NCBI RefSeq assembly: GCF_009834535.1
Contig: NC_045697.1
Span: forward strand, 54,314,001-54,378,000
Direction of reading: 5' to 3'
Source: Camelus ferus
Lineage: Eukaryota
Length of the DNA stretch: 64,000 bases
Position numbers and translations under genes: made by a program. Below are positions 1-13,821 of this stretch, piece by piece; within the stretch, counting starts at the first letter, position 1, and each line of letters starts with the position of its first letter. The notes beneath the pieces are model-generated. The model was not told the origin of the DNA, did no database searches, and saw only the letters and a list, made by a program, of their open reading frames with translations.

Positions 1-1222
1 AGTCTCGGAATCTGATGGCATTCCCTTCACACTTACACGAGAATGCTAACAAAACAAATAAGAGAAATGAAAACCAGACTATATTCTGGCCAAATGTAAC
101 TGCTTTTTAGCTCTGTTAAGGCTTTTAAAACTAAAACACACCCAGGAATTAACACATGCAATAAATATTTATAAATATCATAAATCTATGAACCCCCTAT
201 ATATGCCAGGCACCCTACAAAGTGTCAGAAACATACACATGAATAGAATCTTTATCCTCAAGGCTCTCACAGCTTAGTGGATAACCTATTTAATAGAAAT
301 ATATACTTTATACACCTAACATAACCTCACTGATTTTCAAAACAGCCTTGTGAGGCAGGTATTATTCCCATTTTCAGATGAAGAAAGTCTTAGATAAATG
401 ACAATAAGATCTCCAAGCAAACAAGGGATAAAATAGGAATTCACACTCAGCTCTTCCGGTGACCTCTCCAGTGTGAGTGTGTGCGGTGGTGGGGAGGGAG
501 GCAGTGAAGAAAACAGTGCCTGGGTTATATGCCAAATGTAATACCAGACACTGTGTTAGTATAAATCTATTGGCTTACACTGATATTGATGAATCCATGG
601 GTGAAAAAAAATGATAAATCACGCAAATCCTCTGCTGCTGGTATAGTTCTAATTCATTTCAGGTGCCTGCTACTCTCCTGAATCTCAGCTCTCAGCCTCT
701 GGCCATATCTCTATTTTAATAATATGGAGAATAGTACAGTGGGAAATGCTACTGTTCTGACTCCATCCACCCCTCTCTCTACTCAAAATGATCCCTCTTC
801 AGCACATCCCTGGGGATGGTGCCCAGATAAGGGAGCTTACTATAGCAGTGTCCAACATAGGGTCTTGGAAGAAGTTGTAGTAAAATAGAAAAGAGTTATT
901 ATTATTCTTGAGAACTTCATCAACTGGCAGAAGGAAAAGCAATTGCATACCACAGGTCAGATTCACTTATTCTTCTATCAAACTACCTAAATGTCAACAT
1001 TTTAGTGCTGAAAAAAATTGGAAAGAAAAAACATTAAGGAGAGTGTTATTCAGTTCCGTCTCATTTTCGAAACAATATTCCTATCAAAAACCAGTCACTT
1101 TTCTATAAATAGAGCCACGTGCAAGCTAAGAGGCTTAGGAAGGCAGAAAATCATCATGAGCACTAAAATGATGGATTCTCTAAGTGAAATGAGTGGCCTC
1201 CAATTTTCTTCCCCTTTCTAAG

Positions 1223-1344
1223 GCCAGCACGGGTGCCATCGGCCTCAAGATCCCTGAACCCATTCATAGTGTGTTTTGTTGTCATCGCAGTGGTGGTGAT
1301 CCTGGCATTGATCATAGGTCTACTTGTCTACTTTTTTGCTTTTG
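1223..1344 (+). CDS. TMPRSS11D: TMPRSS11D coding exon 2 (cytoplasmic tail plus type II signal-anchor TM helix)
   Basis: Pyrimidine tract and AG at 1221-1222, GTAAGT donor at 1345; 122 nt, phase 2/1. Translates (R)PARVPSASRSLNPFIVCFVVIAVVVILALIIGLLVYFFAF(D), collinear with human HAT RPARVTSTSRFLNPYVVCFIVVAGVVILAVTIALLVYFLAFD as recalled. Exon 1 is not seen in the window. Confidence 0.95.
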
Positions 1345-3250
1345 GTAAGTACCAGAAGACTGGAAGTACCACTTTTCAAATGAATTAACTAAATATACCT
1401 TCAGATTAAAAGTCTGGCATTCTCTCTTTTATTGCCACTTTTATTTCTTAATATAAGATAATTATGTTTCTTATATACCTCTAAAAATATATGCTCATGT
1501 CTATATTTTCTCTAATTCAGCATTTTTTCTCTTCTCTTTTTTTTTGGGGGGGGGTGCTTTTTTTTTTTTAGTATACTAAACAACATTATTACCCAGGCAA
1601 GAATTATTCTAGCCAAGGGAAAAAAAACTCTCAATACTTTCATGATGCTAGAGTTAGTTCATATTGTTTTTCATTAATATGATTTCCTTCTTCATTTAAT
1701 AACCTGATAAAGTTGTAAAAATAAAATATTACAAAGAAACTTAAGTTTCAACATCTAGAAGTTGGATGTACCTAAGTATTCATTAATTCATGCCCCGTCT
1801 CCTGAAAACAATCTTAGGAGCAGGACAGTTATGACAGGAGATGAATTTGCAGTTTAGAAGTAGCAAGGGGTAAAAAACAAACTTTAAAAAGGGTTCTGTT
1901 CTTTTTTGTCTTATTTTAATTTTTATTATGTCATAATAACTAGGAAACATAGACAAGAAACAGTATAAAGAATGCATATGCCCTGCTCATTCACAAACAA
2001 CTTAACCTAGTATCTCAGTAAATATTCTTCCAGATGTTTTAATGTAGATATAATGTGTCAAGTTTCACTAGATAATCTATGTTATAACCTGTTTTTTTAA
2101 CCTGAAAATATACTTTTGAGTTTTTTTTTTTTTTTAATTTCAGCTATAATCCTGTTAAATCGTTTAAATCACTGGGGTGGGGGCTGTGAGGGCATAAGGG
2201 TATGTGTGAGTATGGAGACTGAACAAGAAGAAATTTATTTATTGCAGTAACCAGGAATAATCTTTTCAGTCAATCCACTTTGGAAGTTGTGGCTTAATTT
2301 TGTTTTTGACTACATTTTGCTATCAAATCACCTGGAGTCAACTATGTCTAAGGTGAATTACAGAGGCAGGAAAAACAAATATCAAGTTTCAGATTAAACT
2401 AATGAATTTTCACTTTTAATGATACTGTGTTGTCACACAAACACAAAGCAAGGAGCCTAAGTAAGTCGTCTTCAAAGTGTATCCCAGTGACCACTTACAG
2501 TATTAGAAAGACTTATACTTCTGCCACAACGGACCACACTACTCTTTCCCCAGGATCCTCAACTCTTTCTCTGAGATACTTCTCTGCATAAATTACGTAT
2601 ATGAATGTTCAAAAGGAAGCAGGGATTTTTGCCTAGGAGATTATGTTATATCCATGTTCATAATGTTTCAAAGAGGTGTATAAGTATGTTTAGAGATTTT
2701 TATTTCCTTCCACAGCTTAATATAACCTTTGGAAGACCCTGTTTTGATGAAAATAATTCACACTGGACAACCAGATTAGATATCTTGTCAAAAGAGTTAT
2801 TTTGTAGATTAGTCCAAAAAACTACTAACAAGATACTAACTCCTTTGAAAAGGATAGCATTTGAAATAATTTTTGAACTATTCAGAATTACTTTGGGTTA
2901 CTCCTTAATAATAAACGAATAATAGCATATTATAGACATTAATATTTCTTAGATAAACAAATCTGCAATCACAAATCTCCCTAAAATATAGTAAGAATGA
3001 AAATTATACTTCTGAACAATTTAATTTCTCAAATAATACTGTTCTGATTTTCATATACTTTCAAGTTTCAGCTTTGCCAATCTTTTCAAAAACTGAAAAA
3101 TAATTTTTTTATAGTTACATTTATATTGTTTAGAGTTTTCTTTCTTTCAAGGAAAGAAAAATTTTTAATTGTATAATATAACCTCTTGTAATCCTGTATA
3201 AAGATTACGTAGCAATGTGAGAATGATTCTGACTTTTCTTTGTTTTATAG

Positions 3251-3369
3251 ATCAAAAATCTTATTTTTACCATAGCAGCTTTAAAATCCTAAATGTTGAA
3301 TACAGTGATGAGTTAAGTTCACCAGTTACACAGAAATATAGAAATTTCTGTGGAAGAATTGAATCTATG
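3251..3369 (+). CDS. TMPRSS11D: TMPRSS11D coding exon 3 (SEA domain start)
   Basis: ttttatag| acceptor and |gtaagt donor; 119 nt, phase 1/0; (D)QKSYFYHSSFKILNVEYSDELSSPVTQKYRNFCGRIESM. Confidence 0.95.
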
Positions 3370-3394
3370 GTAAGTTTTTAATTTTTATTCTTTA

Positions 3395-3490
3395 TTATTT
3401 TTTGATTGAAGTATATGGTCAGCTTACAATGTGTCCATTTCTGGTGTACAACATAATGTTTCAGCCATCCATACACATACATATATTCCT
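3395..3490 (-). mobile_element. Short antisense L1 3'-end fragment just after exon 3
   Basis: polyT followed by 'gattgaagtata..ttacaatgtg..tttctggtgtacaacataatg'. Confidence 0.65.
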
Positions 3491-4769
3491 CCTGTTTCTT
3501 CAATAAACATTTATCAAGCATCAATCCTGCCAAATGCCGTAGACATACAAAAAGTGGAGTAGATGCTGGATCCTGCCCTTGTGGAGCTTAGTCTAACACG
3601 GGAGATGAAACACACCTACAGATATTTATAACCCAAGATATTTAGTATGTGGCAAGATAGCAACACAGATGTGAGTTTGTGGTGAAAGGATAAATTATAT
3701 CCAGCCATGGAGACCACTGACAGCTTCTTACAAAAGACGACTTTTCTGGCTGGCTATAGGGATGAGTAGGGCACACTACAGCTAAACCATGAGCCAAGGC
3801 AAAGAGAGGAGAATGTGCTTAGCTAACAAGATTGAGCTTTATTTTGCAGACAAAAAGTCTTGCACTAGAGGCAACATGATGGTAACAGGCTCTGACAGAT
3901 TTGTGTTCAGAGATGTAAAAATTAGATTATAAAGAGAAGAGCCTGCACACAGTAAGACTAGTTAGAAGCTCATTACAGTGGTCCAGAAGAAAGCCAACGG
4001 GTTAAAAGCTTGAATAGGAAGTATTCCAGAAAATGGGGAAATGCAGATAAAGCTTCTGTTTTAGGCCTACCAAAGCAATCCACCTCCCCAACTTCCTACC
4101 TTCTCTTCCCAATCTGTTCTTTAAAAAATCAATAGGAATATTTAGTTTCATCATTTGTGTCATGAGATCCCACTGCTCAGACTTCAAACCAATGGACTTT
4201 CTTCAATTTCTTCAAGAAGCCACTGGAGATATATATCTCAGGAGGCCAGTCTGAGGACAGTTATTCATAACGAAGTTCTCATAACCATACAAAAACATCT
4301 TGTAAAGTTTCAACTGTGTACCCAGTTTAATAAAGGGAGCAAACTGAAAGTGTTCATATTGAGAATCTCAGCTTTATTATAGGGAATTAGAACTCAGCTA
4401 TTTGTCATTATAGCAAGATGCCAGAGACGTCCTTGGCCCTAAAGAGGTCACTCAGTTCCCGCCAGACAGATCAGACAGGTCAGCTCATCCTTCATAGAGC
4501 GCATGTAAAATTGCCAAATTTGGAAAGAAACAGCTTAAAGCATAACATATAACATATATTCAGCAATGCAAAAAACTTGAAATAAATAAATTTATTTTGA
4601 AAAGCACTACCAGCACCTTTGGAAGATAGTAAGTCTTTAGAATACAATCCCCAAAGACAAAATTTTATACGATTTGTTATTATTGAATTAGTCTCAAAAA
4701 TGGTCTATAAAGTAAATCATAATGTATATGTAAACCCTGTCATCAAAATGAAAATAATTTTAGTATTTT

Positions 4770-6330
4770 CTCTCTTATAAAGATAATGCAAAAATGTAGA
4801 AAATTCAGGGCATTCAAGAAATAATAAAGAAAGAAATACGCACAAAATCTCAATACTCAGCTATATCCACTATTAATATTTTGATGTTCCAAGTGCCTTT
4901 CTATGCAAACTACATAATCATACATGCACAAAGACATAATTTTCTGTCAATGGAATCAGACTATACATTCTTGTTTATTACTACTTTTCTCTCACAAATG
5001 TGCCACAGAGGTATATAAATATCAATGAATTAAGAAATATGTCATTTAAAATAACTAAACAGTATTATAGTGTGCAGTTGTATAACATTTTATTTAACCA
5101 GTCCTCTGTTGATCGACATTTAAATTGTTTCTAGTTTTTCACTATTGTATCAAATATTCTGATAACCAGTCTTGTTGATATATGCTTGCACACCTGAGTG
5201 ATTACATTTTTGGGATGTATCCCCAGAAGTAGAATTATCAGAACATAGGGCTTATGCATTTTTTGTTTCTCCCTAGAGATTTTTAATTTTTTTCTTTGAT
5301 TTTAATAAAGATGTTACTTTAGAAGCATTTTAGAATTATAGAAAAGTTGCAAAGGTAATATAGAGTTCTCATATATATTACATCCATAGTTTCCTCTATT
5401 ATTAAAATCTTACATTATGATAGTATATTTATTGCAATTAATGAACCAATGTTAATACATTGTTATTAACCAATTCCATATTTTATTCAGATTTCTTTTG
5501 TTTTTACTTTATATTCTTTTCTGTTTCATGATCCCATCCAGAATACCAAATTACATTTACTTGTCATGTCTCCTTAGGCTTTTGGAGACTATAATAGTTC
5601 CTTAGATTTTTCTCATTTTTGATAACCTTGACAATTTTGAGGAGTACTGCTAAGGTGTTTTTGTACCATGTCCCACAGCTGTGGGTTTTCTGACAGTTTA
5701 TCTTACAGTTAGACTAGAGTTCTGGGTTTTAGGGAGGAAGACCATAGAGGGAAAGTGTCATTTTTGTTACATCATATGAAATGGGTACATACGATGACTT
5801 ATCTTTTGACTTCTCTTTTCTTGTTAAAATTTTCCTGTCATCCATGTTGCAAATATTTCTCTAATATGTGATTTGACTTTCCAACTTGTTTATAATCTAG
5901 GGATTTTTTAAATGCCAAATAGATTTAACTTTTAATGTAGCCCAAATTATCAATCTTTGCATGATTTCTCACTTTTGTGCCAGGTTAAAAATGGCTTTCT
6001 CCACTCCAAATACTTTTTAAAATGTTCACTCACATTTTCTTTTTTGTAATTTTATCATTTCAGTTTTTATAATTTTATCTTGATTCATCTGTAATTTATT
6101 TTGTAATAAAGTACAGATTCTGCTTTTTCCCCTAAAATAGCTAGGCAGTGGTACCAAAACAATACATTAAATAGGGGAATGGATTTCTCTGTTGTGCCTA
6201 AATCCACTAAATTCCTCCTTTTCTTTTTTCTGTACTCTCCTCTCTTCTACTGATTCATCTTTGCCTGTACCAGTATCAAGCTATTTAGAGGACTGTAGAT
6301 TTATATTTAAACATATGGTAGACAAAGATT
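4770..6330 (-). mobile_element. Old antisense L1 (L1ME-like) with a nested L1MC-like 3' fragment at about 5290-5800
   Basis: 'ttatttaaccagtcctctgttgatcgacatttaaattgtttctagttttt' and 'gaaaagttgcaaaggtaatatagagttctcatata' motifs; boundaries approximate. Confidence 0.6.
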
Positions 6331-6899
6331 CCCCTTAAAATTTTTCTGATGTATGATTTCCATAGTTAATCTCATTTATTCATCCTTCTGCAGAACACTT
6401 TGAACATCTAAATCATTGTATGAATAATACTCTAATATAGTGCTTCATAGTTTACAAAGGACTTTTACGTATATTATCTAAACTTCAATTCATAATGGGC
6501 ATATTATTTTTATAGATGGGTAAAGATTGTGAGATTAAGAAACATGTCGAAGGCTATTCAACTGGAAAGCAGTCGATCTAAAATTCAAACCAAGGTCTCC
6601 TGACTTCAAATCCAAGAATCATACCATTTACCAGTGATAACATGAGTACCATCATGATCCTTGTCCCATAGTCAACACTGTTATACTTAATGAGTGGTGG
6701 AATAGTCCCAGAAACATCTATCATATTGAGCACTTCACTTCTCCTTTCTGGTCTTCAGTTTATTCATTAGTAAAATAAAATCACTGGGCTAGATGATTTT
6801 ATAGTACATTCTAACTCAAAAATTCCATGGTTATATGAGTTTCATGCAAGGTATCCAGGCCACCTATTCACCTGCTTTTCTTAACCTACTTCTCTGGCC

Positions 6900-7700
6900 A
6901 CTCCTTTATCTCTGTGTCCTTTATAGGCTCACCCTCCTCTATACTGACATTAAATGTTGAAATTCCTCAATGCTTTGACCTACAGCCTCCTATTATTTCA
7001 CACTGTTTTCTATCTCTAGATGATCTCACCCATAACCATTACTTCTGCCAACACTTACAAACTAATGACTCATTCTGTTTCCAGCCCAAACTTTTCCTCC
7101 GTACTTCAGACCTTTTCACTTAAATGTCAGCTTAATATCTCAACTTGGCTGTTTTAAAAGCATCTCAAGTATATTACGCCCCCAAATCAAATTCATGATC
7201 TCCCCATGCCATACTAGCCTTCTTCCAATAATCCTATCCCCATAATGACAATACTGTTTTCAGTTTTCCAAATTCATCCTTGACAAACTACTCTGTCATT
7301 CCAAATATCCCATCCATTACCAGCCACTATAGGTTTTATCTCCTGTATTTCCCTCAAATCCATTCATTTCTCTCCATATCTGCTACCACCACGTCCATCT
7401 AAGCCATCACTTCTACAGTGAAGTACTAAAATAGCACCATAAGTAATTTGGATTATTTTGTACCTAAAATTGATTAGCCATATGCAGTATCTGACTTTAC
7501 TGTCCTCTTGTTTAAAACATTTCAGTGACTTCCCATTATTTATGTTAAAGACCAAATGCAAGACTTTCATGGTCTGGCCTTTCTATCATTCTAGCCTCCT
7601 TGCTTTCTGTAAAACAACTGCACTGGCCTTAAACACAATCTACTTATTCCCACCTCAGGACTTTGCATGTGTTATTCACTCCACCACTGAAGCTTTTTTT
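6900..7700 (+). mobile_element. LINE-2 fragment
   Basis: Pyrimidine-rich L2 motifs (tctagatgatctcaccc; cccacctcaggactttgcatgtg); boundaries approximate. Confidence 0.6.
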
Positions 7701-9687
7701 TTTCCATGAATATTACTGAGGTTTGAGGATTCTAGACTACTATAAAATTCAAAGATACAATTACCACCCTCAATCAGGAGAGAAATATAAAATAATTCTT
7801 TTCCTTGTTTTTTTGATTTTTGTCCCTTGTAATAAAAGGGTCAATAGTACAGGTTACAAAATCAAAGAAGTGTGAAAGTAAACTCATCTGACCCATTAAA
7901 CAAGTACTAATTTTGAAGGGAGGGAAAAGGCCAAAAGGTTGCAGGTTAAGAAAGCAGATGTGTAGCCTCTGAGAGCTGCAGTAGCCAACTATGTACAGAT
8001 CACTTCTGAAGAAATCGAGAGGAAGAAAGGTTACAAGATTCATTCAAGTTCTCATAACAAACTAACTTACCTCTGTGTCCTGTCTACTGCCCTTTCCACT
8101 ATACTATTGGCTTCCTCTTCAAGCAACTGTTCACTGATTTTCTACCAAGTGTTTGTCAAGTTCCTCTGAAAGAGTTTAGAATTTTCACCCACTCTGTGAA
8201 ATATGGGATCTTATCCATAGCCTTCTTCTTTTATCCCTATATATGGATATCAATCAATTAATTAACTTGCTTTTCTTAGGCTTATTATCTTAGTCCTCAC
8301 AATATTTTCCACATAACAAAAATGTAACAATTAAAGTGGATTTTTAGCACTTTGGTCCAGTCTAGCTTGTGTCAGTGCAATACCAGATCATGAATTAAAA
8401 TATAATTACAAGAAATGTTTACCCAAATTTTAGCAATTCCTTAAGTTTTAGGTTCAGTTCCTTTTACTTCTGTTACAGTCAAGTAAAATTAAAGCTAGAT
8501 CAGTTTATCAAAATACCTCCTACAATATACCACGGTAGTAAACATTAAAATCCACCCTTCTACATAGTTAACTAGAATATAGCTCACCAAATGACTGATT
8601 CTATAATTCTGTAGATTTAGATCATAAAATTTTGAGTGACTTTTTGCTTTCTTCTTAATACTAATATTTCTTGAATTTTTAAAAAAGAAATATAAATTAT
8701 TTTGCTAAAACTAATAGCCTCATAATTCTTAAAAATGTTTAAAGCCTCTAGAAAGAAAAAATTTTATCATTTTGTCTAACAACTGGTTGGTGCGATATCA
8801 GCTTAACGGAACAGATATTGAAAAAATAAGATATAACATGATGCAATAGACATTGCATAAACTTTACAATCTCAAGACCAGTTGGCTTCAAATCCTGGCT
8901 TAATATAATATTCAGCATGCAACTTAATTTCCCCATCTTCACCTTTTCATGTTCACCTCCACCTGGTACAATCTCACAGTACAAGCCAATGGAATCTACT
9001 CCCCATTATGAAAGCTCAGTACATCTCACCCACATCTTGGGGGTAACTATTCCAGTCACAGAACAACTGCTAGTTCACTGTGAAGCTAAATGTTATACCT
9101 CAAGAAGACCGTCCTTGCTGGCACTGAGCAATAATAAAATGGGAAAGTTAAGGTTAATTCAAAAAATACCAATTGATGCTAAAAATAACCTATGATGCTT
9201 GCTTAGGCATTAATCAGAAACAAGAAAAAGATCAAGATTACTCCTCTTCTTTTTTCATAAAGCTCTCCATTGCTGCTCATTTTAATCTAGTTTTACCCAT
9301 TTAAGAACAGTTGTTGCAGGATCACACACTGCATCAGTGGACTCCCCTAGTGTTGGCCCAACCCACCTTGGGAACAGCCAACAAATCACATAACATGGGC
9401 TCTCATTGAGTAAAACATCTGCTATGCTTAGAATGGCTTCTAGTGAAGAGTATCTTGTCCATTACTATCTTTGTGTAATAAATGAAGAAACAGGCACTGC
9501 ATAAGAAGTCTACATAACCTGACTTAATCGATCCCATGTGTTCTGAGATGGAACTGAACTAAACAGAACTGAACTCAAAACTTTAGTCTCTGTTCCTCAT
9601 TAATACAGTTCTATGTTGCAAGTTAGGGTAGAAAGAGGAAGGAGAGAAAGACTGTAATTAGAGAGGTTTTTTCCTTTCTTTCTACAG

Positions 9688-9755
9688 ATTTCTAAAACAT
9701 TCAGAGAGTCAAATTTAAGAAATCAGTTCGTCAGAGCTCATGTTGCCAAACTGAG
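9688..9755 (+). CDS. TMPRSS11D: TMPRSS11D coding exon 4 (SEA domain)
   Basis: tttctacag| acceptor and |gtgagt donor; 68 nt, phase 0/2; ISKTFRESNLRNQFVRAHVAKL(R). Confidence 0.95.
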
Positions 9756-11799
9756 GTGAGTAAAACTACATCCAAACATATATAAGCATAGATACAATTT
9801 GGTGCGTTTGACTTTGTTCACAGCATGGAGAGTGAATGAGATGTTCACACAATGTGTTGCAGTATCATGAAAATAGTATCATGGGCAGCTTTAAACAATG
9901 CCAAAACAAAAACAAAACATGCCACATATGGTCTATATACCTACTAATGTAAATAAACACATTACTTCAGTTCTTGGCAGGAAAAGGAGGAAAGGGTAGA
10001 GAGATGGTTGGGTGAAGGTACAGTAACAGGGCTATTATATTATATAAATACTGGAGATACTGTTCACAATGCAGTCCATGTAAACAATGCCCCAAGAGAT
10101 GTGCAGTGCAATGTCCTGGGCATGCTCATCCAAGATCAGACCACTAAGCCAACATCAAAAGCAGCTTTTTGGTTTTTGTCTGCCTGGAATACTATTAATA
10201 TAAAGGGTGCTGTGGCCAAATCCAGACATGTCTGTCATGAATTAATAATAGGGGAAGTTGCAGTATACATGCTAGTTATTTGCTGTTCCTACTTTAGCTG
10301 AATATGGACCTATCCTTGTGATGTGATGTGATAGCTCTCCCAACTAAAACAGCTACTCTTATGGACCCTACCACTAATGCCCCAAATGTCCACATTGCTC
10401 AATCCATCAAGTAACATACAAAAGTTCTTCAGAAGAGAGATAAGTTATACTAATTCTTTCTCAAACACTAACTACACAAGAAAATTAATTTTTCTTTTTC
10501 TCAGTAGAGTCACTACTTAAGTACCCAGAAGTATAGAGCTCTGGTCAGATAAGATATGCTGAGGAATTCAAGGAGTAAGAAGAATACATGGGAAGAGTAT
10601 TTTCCAAAATGTATTTCAGTCAGTTCCGTGCAGATTCATCTTAGCACTTTCGTGGTAAAGTCTCTGTTCCAGTCACCAGTTCACAATAGTGGTAGAACTG
10701 AATGCGCCATCTGCATTTTTCTCTTTTTGTTTACTTCCCACTTACTGCTTTCAGGGGCTTCACTGCTGCCTATATGCTAATATTCTCAAAGTTGCATCTT
10801 CAGGCCAGTCTACTTTTCTCATCTCTAGACACGAATATACACAGCTATGTACTTGATATCATTATATGGATATCTTGCAGACCATTCAACTTTCATATGT
10901 CCAGACCTGAACCTAGCATCTCTCTCCGACCAAATATGTTACTCTTCTAGTGTTGCCTGCCTCTGTTAATGGTGTCACCTTCAAATAGTTACTCAAGCAA
11001 GAAATATAAAAGTTATCTTTAATTCCTGCCTCCCTTTCAACCTACACATCCAATCATCTAATCTCCACAATTCTATTTCTTACATATGTCTAAGAGCCAT
11101 AACTTCTAACACAGTAACCTCAACCATCTCTCTCCTGGACTACCCACAGCCTCCTGATGAGTTTTCTTTCCTCCAATCTTGCTCCACTCCACATTCTACA
11201 GCAGAAAGAAAGAGTTTTTGAAACAAGAAGCTAAACATATTATTCGCTTAGTTAAAATTCTTCTAATGGTCACTCCTTACCCTTACGATATATCAAATAC
11301 CATATATAAATAAGAATTATGTGTATATGTATAATATATATGCATCAAAGATACATGTATTCTTCATACATATATATATATATGTTTCCTTGAGAATATA
11401 TATATAAAACAAAACTTTACTAAACCTCCCTATATTGCATTTTCTCCTACCATCTCTATTTCTGAGCTAGTCTTTTACCACTTTCCACTTTGTTCTTTAC
11501 TCACCAGTCCCACTAGACTGCTTTCAGTTTCTTCACTCTCAACACTCTCTCTAACCTCAAGATCGTCATATATGAACTATTTTCTCTGCCTGAAATACAC
11601 ATACACACACACTACTTTCTCCCCCTTCCCCTTCTGTTTTAAAATATACTGCGTTAATAGAAAATTTGAGGTACAGTAAAGCCAACAAATCAGGAGATGA
11701 TGACTTCTGAGAAGACATTTTGTTATTCACAGTTCCCAAGAGGACCGGACATGACTCTTTGATAGAGTTGTTATGAAAAGCAAATAAATTAGGAGTAAA

Positions 11800-13310
11800 A
11801 CAGTCCTGTCTGAACATCTATTTATGTGTTTATCATTCACTAAACATCCCTCTTCTCTGAACTGCATATTCGTATCTTTTCTGGTTTTTCTTTTCATTAT
11901 TTGTCTTTTTCTCATTGATTTGGAGTTCTGTGTTAATAGTAGGTACCAAATATTTGTTGCTTTGAGTTGCAAATATATTCTCTCTGACTACAGTATATCT
12001 TTACACTTTGTTTATGGCATCTTTTGCTGTAGAAAATCAGTTGCAAAATGTCTTATTTAAGAAATCCTTTCTCCTTGTGTATATAAAGACATTCTTCCAT
12101 AAATCTGTAAATTTTAAATTGTTGCTGGTTCATATTCAAGTACTTTGTTTGTGTGTGGTACCAGGCAGAGATTTAATACTTTACATATGAGTTATTTTCC
12201 TTTAGATTAGCAATGACGCTTCTATGATACACTGTTTACATATGTCTTATGAGTCTGTTTCTGGGTTCCTATTAGACAATAATAGGAATTCTGTTCATTT
12301 CCATTAAGCTTAATTCCTATGTCATTCAAATAAAACCTACTACTATGGATTTGTCTATTTCTCCTTGTTCAGTACACTTTGAGCACATATTATCAAGTGC
12401 CTATATGTTTAGAATCGTTATATCTGCCTCATGAATTATTTCTTTTATCAAGGTATTAATCCTTTTCATTCCTAATTAATGTTTTTCAATTTTATAATCT
12501 CTAATGTCTGATATTATTATGCTACATTGACTTTCTTGTGTTTTTTTTCCAATATATCTTTCCATCATTTTTAACATTCATATATCCTTACAGGTTAGCT
12601 ATTTCTCCTAAAACAGGAAGACAGATAGATTATATTTTCCAATGCATTCTGATGATCTTTGCCTTTAACTAGAGAGTTTAGACAGTTTCCACTTATTCTG
12701 ATGACTGTTACATTTGGATTTATTTTTTCTATATTCTCTTGTGTTCTCTACCCTGCTTTTTCTATTGCTTTCTTCTACTGTCTTGCCTTCTCTCATGTGA
12801 TTGCATTTTCTTCATTTTCTTTTTTCCTTTTACTAATTTAGAAGTTCTACATTCCGTTTATTTTATTTTAGTGATTACTCTTGAAAATTTAAACAAGGAA
12901 AGTTTGTTTAATCCACTACCCTCTTCCAAATAATACAGGGAACTTGGGACTCTTATTCATTCAATAATACATGAATACATTCGTGTATTATTGATATTTC
13001 AATTCCACCTTATTTGTAATGCCTGCAAATAAGTCATTATAATTATACTGTCAACGTCTTTTTGGATTACCAGTTTACCATTTTCTTTGTTTCCTATTTC
13101 TCCTTGTACCTAATACCCTCCTTCTGGGTTCAATTTCCTTCTTACTGAAGTACATCCTTTATAAATTCTTTCACAAGAGTACATGAATAATAAACTATAT
13201 TTTCTAATTTTGCTTTGATGTGATAAATGTCCTTATTTTAGCCTTATTCTTGAATAATGCTTTAGTGTGGATATAAAATTCTAAGTTGAAAGCTATTTTC
13301 TCTCAAATAA
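11800..13310 (-). mobile_element. Old antisense L1 remnants
   Basis: T-rich sequence with 'tgagtctgtttctggg' and 'tggatataaaattctaagttga' motifs; boundaries approximate. Confidence 0.5.
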
Positions 13311-13663
13311 TCTTCATAACAACCCATTTTAATGTAAAGAGACAGATATGGAAAGATTTAAGAAAAAAAAAACACTTACTCAAAGTCCAACAGTAAATGG
13401 CAGAGCCGGAGCTGGCATTCAAAGTCTGACATTCAGACTTCAAAGGAAACTGTTCTGAATGGTGGTACAGTGTACTATGCATTGAAATCAAGTATTTGTG
13501 GGATAGCATTGTGATATATCATTACATATGCAAACATTGTTATGTGAATCTGTCCTAAAGTTAAATATCTCAAGTAAATTTTTTAATGCTTATCAATAAA
13601 AATACATAAAGAGAATAGCAGAAAATTATCATAATTGACATTTCTAAAAATATGGTTTTTCAG

Positions 13664-13821
13664 GCAAAGTGGTAGTGATGTGATAGCAGACATTGTCATG
13701 AAATTTAAATTCACCAGAAAAAACAATGGAGCATCAATGAAAAGTAGAATTGAGTCTGTTTTACAGCAAATACTGAATAACTCTGGAAGCCTGGCAATAA
13801 ACCCTTCAACTGAGATAACAT
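13664..13821 (+). CDS. TMPRSS11D: TMPRSS11D coding exon 5 (SEA domain end)
   Basis: ttttcag| acceptor and |gtaagt donor; 158 nt, phase 2/1; QSGSDVIADIVMKFKFTRKNNGASMKSRIESVLQQILNNSGSLAINPSTEIT. Lies within ORF 13635..13895 and includes an NNS sequon. Confidence 0.95.

Noticed and set aside
1018..1221. ORF with several Mets ending at the exon 2 acceptor, as a possible alternative N-terminus
   Set aside because: It is out of frame with exon 2 and ends at TAA 1219-1221.
10224..10233. Perfect p53/p63 half-site AGACATGTCT in intron 4; also AP-1 TGACTCA at 40314
   Set aside because: Isolated short motifs are expected by chance in 64 kb; there is no properly spaced second half-site and no functional data.
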